A DNA stretch of 64,000 nucleotides from Azolla caroliniana. Lineage: Eukaryota > Plantae > Polypodiophyta. This document shows, in pieces, positions 26,071 through 38,465 of this stretch. Under the pieces are notes generated by a model. The model was not told the origin of the DNA. It searched no databases and saw only the letters and a list, made by a program, of their open reading frames with translations. Each line of letters opens with the position of its first letter. Position 1 is the stretch's first letter. Both the position numbers and the translations under genes were made by a program. The stretch lies in assembly GCA_043228905.1 (NCBI GenBank), contig JBHGNT010000002.1:8556001-8620000 (forward strand), in the 5' to 3' direction.

Positions 26071-27950
26071 AACCAGAGCATATCCCATGATATTCTTCTA
26101 TCATGCATTCGTTGATTGCCATCGTCTTTTGTAGCATTTCTACCCAAATGCTTCACAATTGATAAGACATCCTATCTCATGATCTTAAGAAAAGTTTATG
26201 CATATAATGTTGTTGTGGCTCCACAGAATCCATTCACAAATAATGTGGTTGAAATGTGGAATAGAGCTATTCAATAAATGATAATTAAAACATTGGTTCA
26301 TGTTGAATTGAGTTTGTAACCTGTGTGATTAATTTGGTTAGTATGTCTTTGGATGGTGGCATTCAAGAATGCTACCACATTCTCATTTGTGAGTGTTTGA
26401 ATTTGAAGTTACATGCATGCATATTCTACCAAAGCTTTGTAAGAAGTTTTGAGCTCTAGTGCTAGGAACTTGTGGTTGTGATATAGTCGTCCATATTGAG
26501 AAGAAGATGAATGGAAATGTATGTGTGGATGTTACATATTGAGAAGAAGATGAATGGAAGTGCATGTGTTGATGTGGGTGGACAAAATAATGACAAAATG
26601 AATGCTAGTTATAAGCAAAAACCTTCATGATGTTGAGACGTGAAAGCTTGATACTTAGTGTTCATGATGTTTTATTGAGAAGATCGCAAAAGTTGTCTCA
26701 TCTTGCTCAAAGCTATTTTCCTACATTAAACTAAGTTATGTCGGTGAATTACGGTGAATCATCATGCTATCGTGAAGAGGCCACATTGTGCATGGATAAG
26801 CGCATGTGTGAGAAGGCATGCAATTCGAAATGGATGCAATGAAACATGAGATTGTAAACTTTGCAAAAGGATTGGCAAGGAAATATTAACATATGGAATG
26901 ACATTGACTCCATATTATGCATTGCTTCAAGTCAAGGCATTACTTAAGTTAAGGCCATATTCATACAAATGGCAAAGGCATAGACTTCGACGAGTTTTCT
27001 TACTAGTGGTGAACTTGGCCACTTGTTGGACCAGTGACAATGCAATACATAGATGGAATCAATGAAAATATAGTTTTTATCTCCTCATAAACTGTGAACA
27101 ACTGAAGAGATGGGAAAGGATGAAGGCATTCTGCATGATTAATGGTGGTATACATTGGAGGTATCAGCCACTGTTCTGGGTATTTCCCCCACCGACATGA
27201 GGCATGTGGCCACGTATAACTGTTATTACTAATGCTTTGGGACATATGTATGTATATAGCAGTCCAAGAGTAGTTGAAAGGGTAAAAATCTATGCTGAAA
27301 TTTCATGTAAATCGCTTTAAACATAATATAAACCATTGTTGGAAAAAATAAAAATAAAAATAATACAGAGATGGAATCAATGAAAATATAGTTTTTATCT
27401 CCTCATAAACTGTGAACAACTCATTAGCTTTGTGTTATGAATGGAAAAGGTGATTTGGTATGCATGCTTACTATGGTTGGAAAAAACTTAAAGAAGGATA
27501 TTTAAAGCTTGATGCTTATCGTTATGTGAACCTCCTAACCTATCTCTATGATGCTTTACGGAGGTCTCATGGTTATGTGGGACCTCGTTCTATGAAGTTT
27601 GATTCCCCCATGTGGTTTCATCATTATGTTATATTTGGTTCTCCTACCATATGTGGATGACAAATTAGTTGCTATAAAAAATAAGAGCAAGATTGATGCT
27701 TTGGGGACAAAGTTGCTTACTACATTTGTCATGGAGGATTTATATGATGCTAAGAATGTTCTTGCATGATAATTTCACGTGATAGAAGCATGAAGCTCTA
27801 AGTGCAATCTCAAGTGGATTATATATCAAACAAATTTGCTCATTGATGCACATATTGCTAGGTTGGTTTACTCTTGATGATAATGTTAGTAGTGTTGTAG
27901 GTTGGGGTTCTAGTGTCATTGGTTGAGCCAGCTACTAGCACTTGACTTTG
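26071..27950 (+). mobile_element. Highly decayed copia pol remnants
   Basis: Fragments resembling integrase NNVVE..NR (~26240), RT GIDFDE (~26980) and MEDL..AK.VL (~27731); no long ORF. Confidence 0.5.
27104..27361 (+). mobile_element. 5'-truncated L1-type LINE (~260 bp) flanked by a ~60-bp direct repeat
   Basis: Encodes KRWERMKAFCMINGGIHWRYQPLFWVFPPPT-stop, homologous to the end of ORF2 at 9190-9293; (TAAAAA)n tail; duplication at 27044-27103 and 27362-27421. Confidence 0.85.
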
Positions 27951-30160
27951 ATACATTAAACAACTCTCCCTTTAAAACTTTTGGATGTTAAATAAGTCTT
28001 CAACAATACAAAGTTTTTTGAGGTTGTGGGGAAGACCATCCATCTCAACCCAACATGGTAATTTCCTTAACCTTAGCATTATCCACTTCAACATTTATTG
28101 AGAAGGGAAAATGCCACAATGCATGTTTACCAACATGATAAAAGCTATGGATTGTCTACAAAAAATTATTGTCCAGACTCCAACACATGATTTGAACTTG
28201 TCCCTTGGTTGACAAAATACTTCCCACTGGGAAACTTAACAATCGTAGAAGTACCCATGATTGTTTTTTTCTATATTTTTTTCTTCTTTTGAGTATAAAT
28301 TTGTAACTTTGTTAGTCAAATATTGTATTGTCTCAAAAAAATGGTTAATGTAACCATCAAAGTCAACTCACATAGGAGGAAAGTGTGATGTGATGCATGT
28401 TCTAAACACATGTTTGCATTATCCATTAACTTTGTTCAATAGTTTGAAACACATGTTTAAAGCCAAGTTGGAGACATGCAAGCATTCTCATGACAAATAA
28501 ATGTGAGTAGAGATACATACAATTTTATCACCCTCTCGCTGTGGGTTGTGGAATCAAGCATGTTCGCACTTGCTTGTTCGCACCTCCTTTCAGTAGATGT
28601 GAACTTGCTAGTTTGAAACTCACATCAAGAAATTCCATACATCTAACCTTGGAGAAGTGAAAGGACCCCAAGTAGATTTTATACATGATTACTTGTGATA
28701 TTCTTGAAAGTATAAGATTTAGAAGTAATAATTTTGTACTACATTAACACAATAGAATGTCAAGGTCATGTACTTTGTATTACAGCCTCACATGGAAAAC
28801 TCATTACTTGTGTTACTCTATTACAATGCATCGACACTCTTGTAGGATGTAGATGATAACACAATGAGAGAGAGAGAGAGAGAGTAAGAGATGGAGAAAA
28901 AAATCGTGGATGAGATGAAAATATGTGTGGATAAGAAAGTGAAAGACTAGCTTAGTAGGATAATTGAGATGACATGGAGAGACACCATATAGGATAACAT
29001 CCAAGGGACGACACCACACAAGAGAAGAGAGATGACATGACATGGAAGGAAAGATGCTAGATAGTGATAATTGGGATTAGCAGGACAAGTTATCACTTAC
29101 TTCTAACTAGGTTCTTAGGCATGATTTATTCAACTTTAGTAAAATCCCCTTGGACAAGTTATCTTTCTTTCAAGCCAAGTGGGCACTTTTGATGGGACTT
29201 ATCTCTGAGAGAGAGAGAGAGAGAGAGAGAGAGCATGAGCTTGAGTAGCAAATTGTCTTGTTTGCTTTCTTTTCTTTAGCCAAGTAGGGGGGGTTCCTTG
29301 TGACTAGTTCCAATAGCCATATTTAGGGCAATTTTAGGCCATATTGGGTCAGATTAAGACTAATATATGGCACACACTTATGTATGTATGTATGTATGTA
29401 TGAATGCATATATATATATATGTATGTATCTCAACCAATCCCACCATAGCCAATGCAACTAGAAACCCACTTCTCTCTTGCATTATGGAATCTTGGGTTT
29501 CCTTCAAATTTGTCTCAAAACAAAAGAAAACCCCTTAGCTTTTGCTTTCTTTTATTATACATATTTCCTTCCATTTCTTCATCTTACTTCTCCTTCTCCT
29601 TCTTCTTCTTCTTCTTCTTCTTCTTCTTCTGACACATCTCTCTCTCTCTCCTTGTCTTCTCTTCTTCTCCCTTTACTCTTTCTTTCTTTCTTTCTTTCTT
29701 TCTTCTTCTTATCTCACAAGCCACTCTTTGCCTTCTTCTCTAATTGATCCTCTTCTTCTTTCTCTCCTCTTCTTTTTAATAGCACACATCTCACTTCCTC
29801 TGTTTTTCTCTACAATGCAGAAGCTCCCCTGTTCCTCACTCTGTTCTTCTTCTTCTTCTTATTCCACAAATCTTCACCAAATCTTCCTAATCTTAGCTCT
29901 TCAAAGACTTTCTCAATGTATCCTTCCATCAAGCATTTGTCTTACCACATGGGCCATCTTAACAAATGCACAATCCTCATCACAAATGGTTTGATTTAAC
30001 CCACATTGTAATTTCTGATTTATTCATTTCAATCCATTTCTTGATGTAAAAACCATACAATCCTTCCTTTCTTATTCTTCGTGTTGCTATTACAAATTGG
30101 TATCAGATATTTGCGATCTATTATTTTGCTTAGAATAAAATCTCGGTATAACTTTAAGCT

Positions 30161-32729
30161 ATGGCACAATGTCAAGCGGAAGGGAGAAAACATCCCAGTG
30201 CCATGGATATGTATGTAGGTATTTTTCACAGTAAGCTTCAAAGCGCTACAGTAGAAGTAGATAAATGCCAACAATGGTCTAGATATGGCTATGGAGATCA
30301 ATCTGGCGTCCATCCATCGCTAGAAAAGGTAAGAAGTAAGATTTCGTTGCAACCCAAGGAAGATGAATCCACCTTCTATTATCCTCAGAACAACATAAAT
30401 AGGCACCGCAAGTCATTGTCGCCATCATCATCATCATCATCGTCATCATCATCATCATCATCATCATCATCACTGTCATCATCAAATAGGAATCTTGATT
30501 CGAACTATCCTACCAAGAACAGATTTGCAGATCAGGAACCTAAAGTCACATTGCAAGCCCTAAATTCACATCCGAATGGTCATCAATCCACAAGAACCCA
30601 GAAATCTAGTGAGGAAACCGTTGGTGCAACAAATAGTTGTAAGAACCTTAAAGATGATGATGAAGAAAAAGCCACCATAGATGATTATAGTTATCCTAGG
30701 ATATACAAATCAAGTGAACAAACCACACCAAAGTGTAAGACTAATGTGATAAGCAATAAAGAGAGACCGAAATGTAGCGCTAAAGAAGGAAGAAGATGGT
30801 CGTCTATGGGTAGTGTTGATTCTCCCTTTTATGTTGGAGGGAGCCCTACTGCAAACGACAACAGTAGTAGGAGGTCATCATTCTCTAATGGTGGAAGCTC
30901 CGATGGAGGTAGCCCCATCACTAAAGATAATGAAAGTTGGAAAAGACCTTCTTCTTCTTCTTCTTCTTCTTCTTCTTCTTCAGGGGGATATGGTTTGGTT
31001 GATTCCTTGTGCCCGGGCGGAACTAGCCCTAACAGTAAAGGAACCACCCAGATTTCCTCAATCACAAAAAGTAGCACCACTTGTAAAGAACCATGCTCAA
31101 ACATGAGTATCAAAGGCATGGGCAATATCCTCGGTAATGGTTCAAATTCTGTGAAATCAAAAGGTCCGATAAATAAGGCCGGACTCCAGGACAAGGTAGT
31201 TGATTGTGTCTCTAAAAGATTGGATGATGTGACACATCCTGCAAACTCCAATCCAGTTGTGATCAATAGCAACTTGGGTAATATATGCATTGGAAATATA
31301 CTCAACCATGGATCTGTTGTAAGATTGAGTAGCAAACTTGTTGAGGAATCTAGAAATGGATTTCAATCAGATAATCCTGAGGAGATTAAAAACGCTGGTA
31401 ATGAGATGTACAAGAAGGGAAATTTCTCTGAGGCTGTAGCATTATATGAGAAATCAATCACAATATGTCCGAATCATGCTCCCTACAGAAGTAATAGGGC
31501 TGCAGCTCTTATAGGATTGGGTAGATTAGGAGAAGCTGTGCAAGAGTGTGAAGAGGCAATTCGATTGGATCCTCAGTACTCGCGAGCTCACCAGAGAGCT
31601 TCTCATCTCTATGTCAGGTGTGACATTTTATTGATTATTTTTCATATTATAACATGTATCGTCCTCTTATTGCATCTCCATTGTGCCGTAACAAGCATAT
31701 TATTAGTTTGATACTTTTTGTACTGATTTCGAAACTGTTGCTATAAAAGTGTGTTTCATTACATCTTTTCTAATAGATAATCTCAAATGATGACCAAACA
31801 CACATTTTGAGATTCTTCTTACCAAGGCCAATACATTGATATATAGCATGATAAGTAAACCATTCATTTGGCCTTTGTAAGTAGCTGTAATAAAGTAAAA
31901 ATTTAGGTAGCTTCAAAGAGGCTACTTTTCATCTTTATTTCTGATTCATTATTTTTTTGTTGATAATATTGTATGCTATTTCATTAAGATAACCAATATC
32001 CCCAACATCAGGAATATCGTCAATATCACCAATTCCAGGAAATTTTGATATTTCTGGAATTATTTGAATTCGATCAATTCCATCAAAAGGATCGATTTCA
32101 TTAATTTCATCATATCCAGGAATTGCCTATTATTCATGCTTTGATCCCATGTCATTTCCAGCACTAAAAGAAGAAATTCATAGGACCTTTGGTTTGGAAT
32201 GGTGATGATGAATATTACTTCATTGTTGAGACATGCCTTTTTTCTGGTTTTACAGACTGGGTCTGGTCGAGAGTGCCAAGAGACACTTGGCAGATTCACG
32301 AAAAGCTGATGCCAAAGATATGCAAAGCCTTGAGATGGTGGAAAAACACATCTCAAGGTGCATTGAGGCGAGAAAAGCGGGCAACTGGAGAAACTGTTTG
32401 TTTGAAAGCAATGCAGCTATCACTGCTGGTGCAGACTCTGCACCACAGGTATTGTTTATACCCTACCTACTTATGTTATGTGGATTTTGTTTGGGCTGAA
32501 ACCTAAGATTAATATAATGATTGGAGTGAATCATGGTTAAATAATATCTGTTTCGGGTGGGAAGTAGCTCATTTCAATAATAGTGAAAACAACTCAATCT
32601 AAGTATACATTGTTTGAAAATTGCAAGTCTTCAAGTAAAAACAGAAGGAGAAATTCTGTACTAAACCACAGGGTGATTCCATCAAATTCTGTAATAAAAG
32701 AAGTATATATATGTATGTATATACATTCA

Positions 32730-32767
<38 letters not shown>

Positions 32768-35744
32768 TTCATACATACATATGCATGCATGCATGTATGT
32801 ATGTATAAAGGTACTTGAACATGTAAAACTAATGAGTATTTCTCAACCATGATACCCTTGTCCGAAACACAATGTTTTTTCTGTCTTATCAAATATGCTT
32901 GCTCCCACCCGTTATGTACACAGGTTCTTTGTTACAAATCAGAGGCCTTGCTTAAGTTGCATAAACCGGATGAAGCGGAAACCATTTGTGCACAAGCTCA
33001 GAAGCTTGAAACCTCCTTGCACAAATTAGGGTTGATACCGGCTGACTCATTTTCGCATATGCTGCGGGCACACATCGAGATGTCTCTTGGAAGGTGTGCA
33101 GAATTATTACAATTGAAATGTGTCCTTTAACTCAGAAAACGAAAAAAGAGCAAAAAACACCAAACATTTAGGATATCGACCAGAATACCCCTAAATTTTC
33201 AAAATAAGTATTACTAGTACACCTCTGCAATGGTAGTAAGTTTTGCACTCGAGATGGATGGATATTCGAAAAAGTTTTTAAAACTTTGGTGTATTATATA
33301 TATTTCTGGTAAATCACCAAAATACCCCAAAGTTTGGAAAACACGGGGTATTCTGGTAAATATCTAAGTTAGTGGTAATTTGATCTTTTACTTTATAGAG
33401 AAAACACCAAAATACCCCTCACTTTAGGTAATTGTGAGAATAAATTACATAGTCTGGTAGATATGTACTGGTTTTTCCTATCATTAATCAAACAAATGAC
33501 TAAATAAATAACTAAAAAAGATAAATCAATAAAACTAATAAATAGAAAAGTTACATAGATAGAGAGATATGTGTTGATGCATAAATGTGCAGGTTTTCGG
33601 ATGCCATTCGTGCTGCTGAATTTGCTGTGAAGCTTGATCCGCGTAATCCAGAAGCTGCTGCATTGCTAAGGAAGGCACGTGCCGTTGGCCAAACAAGAAC
33701 ATTGGGGAATGAATTGTTCAATGCTGGGAAATTTTTCGAGGCTTGCGCTGCATATGGTGAAGGCCTTGAAAGTGATCCCATCAATCCAGTCCTCTTATGC
33801 AATAGGGCAGCTTGCAGATCTAAGCTCGGTCAATGGGAGAAGGCTATAGAAGATTGTGATGCTGCATTGAATGCCCAACCCAATTACATTAAAGCCCTTA
33901 TGCGACGGGCCAATTGTAGTGCAAAGGTTTGACAGATATTCTTGTTAGGATCAATACATTCTCTTGCTAAACATGTTTAACATAATAAAACATAGTTAAA
34001 ATAATCATATTGTATCATATAGAAGGCTAGGGTTCTTACTCTACACCAACTGGATGTCCCCTGAGTTGATGGGCCATGACCATGGTAGAGCCAAGGCATC
34101 ACTTAGGCGTATCTTAGCTCGTAAGTTGGAAAAGGCCCATGATGCCTATGCGACCTAATCAAAGAAAGATCACCATTTTTAAACAGAGACACAGAAAAAG
34201 ATTACGATTGCTAAAGCGAGCAAAACAAAGGTACCTAACGAAAGGTTACCATTGATAAAGAGGACAACAAAGAGACCTAATCAATGTTTACCATTACTAA
34301 ATGAGACCTTAAGAAAAGATTCTGGAATAAAAGCTTGCACGCGCTCAATGATCAGCAATGGTAGACTTCTACTCGCATGGAGGAAAGTCATACATTATTA
34401 GGAGTACAGGAAAAATGAAGAAAGGAGGGGGGAACACATGGGTAGGTAGCCATTATACCCCTAGGTTAGAATGCAACAGTAGGAAATGAGACTCTCTGAG
34501 TCTGATTGGCATTCTTTTGCAGATGCTGTTTTTAGAATGTAGTTATGTGTGTGTGGTCTTAGCATGTTGATGTTATTAGCATTTAGATATTTTATTAGAT
34601 GATTTGGTTTTACTTTTTTGGTTCTGGAAATTAACAAAGTACATATATGGATGCACAGCTCGAACGATGGGAGGATGCTCTCAGGGACTATGCAGTCTTA
34701 AGACGGGAAATGCCAAATGATGTCGAGGTTGCCAGAGGCTTTTTCGATGTACAAGTTGCGATAAAGAAGTCTCGGGGTGAGGAAATCCGTAAAATGAGAT
34801 TCGGTGAAGATGTGGAAGAGGTCTTTGATAGGGATGAGTTCAGAGAGGTTACAGATTCTCCAGGTTAGCAAAAACGAATCTAATTTTTTTCACACCGGTA
34901 TCTGGTCAGAATACACTTAATTTTTCAAAAGATTACCAGGTTACTGTCTGAGAAAACATAGGATTACCAGGTTACCAGATTACCTAATTTATTTTTAAAA
35001 ACATAGGATTATCTGGTTAATATCCAACAACTTGGCGCTATTTTGGTGTTGCTGTCTATCTGAGATTGTCATGTCACAAGGGTTTATTGCTTAAACCCTA
35101 ATTACATTTATTTTGTCTGTTTGTTTTTGTTTTGTCCAGGATTGTCTGTTGTAGAATTTGTTACTAGGAGAAGTGATCGTTGTCGTGAGATTTCTCCATT
35201 CATAGACCAACTATGCAAGCGGTATCCGTGTGTACATTTTGTGAAGGCAAGTATATGCTTATGGATTTATATAGGATTTAAGGTCAAAGGGTTAGGAATT
35301 AGGTCTAGTGTTTTGGTTTTTATGTGTAGGGATTTTGAATAGGGTTAAGCTTAGGCTAGGGTTTAGGCACTAAGGGGGTTTAGGTCGGAGGTCTTCTTGG
35401 GTTTCGGGATTTGTGTTTGGTTAGCGTTTAAAGGGTTAACGCTAGGGTCTACGAGGGTTTAGAATTTGGGGTTTCGTTTAGGGGCTTAGGATTTTGGATT
35501 CTTAGTGCTAAAGTTTTCGGTTGTCATCACATGTTTATTTACACTTTGCTTTTTTCGGGGGGTTGGGGGTGGTGGGCTTATTTTTTTTCAGGTAGATGTA
35601 GATGAGAATCCAGTTATTGCGAAGGCCGAAAGTCTCACATTTGTCCCAACTTTTAAAATTTACAAAAATGGGCACAAGGTGAAAGAAATGTTAGGCCCGA
35701 GCCAAGAAGCCCTAGAGTGTGCTCTGAAGCATTACAGTTTGTAG
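30161..35744 (+). CDS. TTL: TPR repeat-containing thioredoxin-like protein (TTL family), ~872 aa
   Basis: Exons 30161-31617, 32256-32448, 32924-33093, 33593-33926, 34659-34863, 35140-35246 and 35592-35744 join in frame (2619 nt). Ser-rich disordered N-terminus, TPRs (NPEEIKNAGNEMYKKGNF..YRSNRAAAL; GNELFNAGKF..LLCNRAAC) and a C-terminal Trx fold (FVKVDVDE..VPTFKIYKNG). The start codon is uncertain (30161 or 30203). Confidence 0.93.
33150..33478. mobile_element. Decayed MULE-derived MITE in TTL intron 3
   Basis: ACCAGAATACCCC and GGGGTATTCTGGTAAATA motifs in both orientations, ending TGGTTTTTCC; these resemble the TIR at 1590-1668. Confidence 0.45.
35270..35505 (+). repeat. Degenerate telomere-like (TTTAGGG)n tract in TTL intron 6
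   Basis: Numerous TTTAGG/TTAGGG/TTTAAGG variants in roughly 7-bp phase. Confidence 0.55.
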
Positions 35745-37760
35745 CATCCGATAGAAATCACAACATTTAGCTCACATTGGGATGTTGACAATGTCCACAC
35801 TAAAGAAGAAATGAAGCAGAAGAAGAAGAAGAAGAAAAAGAAGAAAAATGATCAAAGAGAAGAAGCTTTGTTGCTGATATGCTCCTTTGTAACTTTGTCT
35901 CGATGTGGGTTGTTTTTGATAAAATCGTAGTCTTACAAGTTCTTCTCAAATAAAAAGGCTCACCATTTGTCCCTTTAATTTGATTGATTTGCCGATTATG
36001 TATAGTGAACAAAGAATAATTTCTCTAGAAGAGTATAAGCCGAGAATCTGGAGTGGGATGTGGTGCTATAATCACATTCCCACTTGTTTTTTAATCTTTT
36101 TGATGATGTTTTGTGGTGCAACTAACCACTTCCATTTACACGTTTCACAGACTTTGATTTGATTTATAATTATTGTTCTTTTTTCGAAAATATCCGATTA
36201 TTTGTGTCTTTTATGAAACAAACATTTGTACTCTAAAAACATTATCACAATTTGCTTGCATACACAGTAATAAAAGTTTATATACTTTCATGCATGCATA
36301 TACAATGTATGTATAGGAAACTCAATCCAATGTTTAAATAAAAACTTTGATGTTATCATGTTCCTTCTCATTGACCTACTTGTTAGACAGCGGAAATTTG
36401 TTCCATTAAGTGATCTTTTTACTCATAGATCGAGGCATTTCTAAGAGTTGATGAGCAATGAGCTATAATCTGAGCTTCACATTGATGTAGGTTATTGTAG
36501 TGAAGTAATATATTCAATGATATCATTCCCCAAACTCAACAATATGTTACAGCTAATACATTTCTAATTTGAATGACTCTAGGTATATAGCTATAAGTGA
36601 AAACTAACTTTTGGTAATGTTTCAGCTTAATACTTGTTTTGTGATTTTGTTATACCACAACATTGGTTCAAGTAGTGTATGGTTTTAAAAATATGTTTAT
36701 TCTTATTCAAGGGTAAGAGAGGTACCACAAGTGTATCTCTTTCTCTTTTTCTTATTCCTTATTTGTGAATTCTAATTCTCTTTCTCCAATAAGAATTATA
36801 AGGAAACGTTGCACATTCATTCAAATTTGTTATAAAGAATGTGAAAGAAATCTTGATCAAGAAGCAAATACCAATCTAGGTTAGGTACTTGCAACATGCT
36901 TCATTGCTTAAGCTTCATTCTCATGGACATAGGCATTGGCATACAATAGAAGAATGGAAGAAAGAGAGTTAACAACCTATGAAAGGGTCTAGTATCCCCA
37001 CAATGTGAATGCGGAGAAAGACAAATGCATTAAATTGTAAAGCTCCTTTCAAGGGGTTTTCTTGTTATCTAGACTCGAGGTTTTAATTGGTTAGCTCTTT
37101 TTTATCTATTCTAAAGAAATAGTCTAGAATGCTTTACTCTAAGCTATACATTGTATACCTTGGGTGTTCATCAATGTTTGTCATCAACACATCAAGGGTC
37201 AGACAACATACCAAGGTTGTACTTTACTAGTAGTGGTCACCAAGCAATGGATGTTGACAACAAATAACTTGGAATAGGATGTTGAGACACATTTTAATTA
37301 GACTTTGTCAAGATGGGAGTGCTTAATGACTTACAATGCATAGAACAAAATATCTCTAAATTAATCAAGCCTACATAGACAAAAGGATAATTAAGTATTT
37401 TGATCAATAGTAAGGAGTAAAAATGTTGCAACGATACTAAATGAGGTAAGAGTGGCTCCTACTTGCAAATAAAAGAGTGATGCTCTATGTTGATGGCAAG
37501 TTGGTTAGGAGGCTTATACCATTGTTCTACTAACTACTTTAGGAAGTGTCGACCCTCTTTTATAGGGAAATTTAGGGAAGGATGACCCTATTAAATGCAC
37601 CATTCATGCATGGACATTAAATAATTTATTGATTGCATGAATCAAGTACTTGATTTCATATAATTTATAGGTAAACCCAAAAAGACTAAAATATTCTTGT
37701 GTTATCCATGGTCTTTATCAGTATGGAAGTGTGATTGGCAATGATTGTGGTAGTGATTGG

Positions 37761-38023
37761 TGTTGCTCTAACATGGAGAAAACACCTTTGATTACTCCTC
37801 CCGAGTAATTGGTTCAAGGTATTGTGGTGTGAAGGAGAGTTGAGGTCTCAGCGCCCTATCGAGACTGTTGGCCGAGTCGCTAAGGGATATATGATCTTCC
37901 CGGTGCCCTTAGTCGTTGTTCAGACTGTCCCACCGAGATGGGGATTATAACCCTCGAAATAAGAAAGATATGTGGTGGGATTGGCTACAACCGATCCACC
38001 GATACAGGCTGAACTTATATATG

Positions 38024-38056
<33 letters not shown>

Positions 38057-38382
38057 ATATATCAGAATATAAAAGAGATAGACATTGAAGTTACCCACAA
38101 AATATATATATTCGATTAAAGTGTAACACAAAGATACAAGTACCAAGTACTCTTGGTAAAACACTCTCTCACTCTCTATTCTTCTATTCCTGTCCTACTC
38201 CTCTCTTTTTCCTTTCTCTCTGCCCCCTCTATGTTCGCTAATACCCGATATATATAGTCCCCTTATGCTTGGCGCTTTCCAACTGTTCCTTCCTTAATAT
38301 TTGGCTTCCTTTGTTCAACTGCTATTGTTGGGCTCCCTTTGATTCGTTTCACACGTTGTCACAATTGTCCCACCAAGTAACA
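37761..38382 (-). mobile_element. Solo LTR (622 bp), gypsy-type ends
   Basis: TGTTG...GTAACA ends, perfect TSD ATTGG at 37756-37760 and 38383-38387, and a minus-strand TATA box near 38250. Confidence 0.88.
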
Positions 38383-38465
38383 ATTGGTCAATGAAAGCCT
38401 AGTCAACCACAATGTCGTTTAGTGTGGTAGTTACAAGTGCAGCTATGCGATGACTTTGAGGGAAG

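Noticed and set aside
29478-29994. ORFs of 89 and 150 aa upstream of TTL
   Set aside because: Translations of CT/CTT microsatellites in the promoter or 5' UTR.
36700-37750. Possible decayed retroelement coding sequence
   Set aside because: No ORF or diagnostic motif could be read with confidence.
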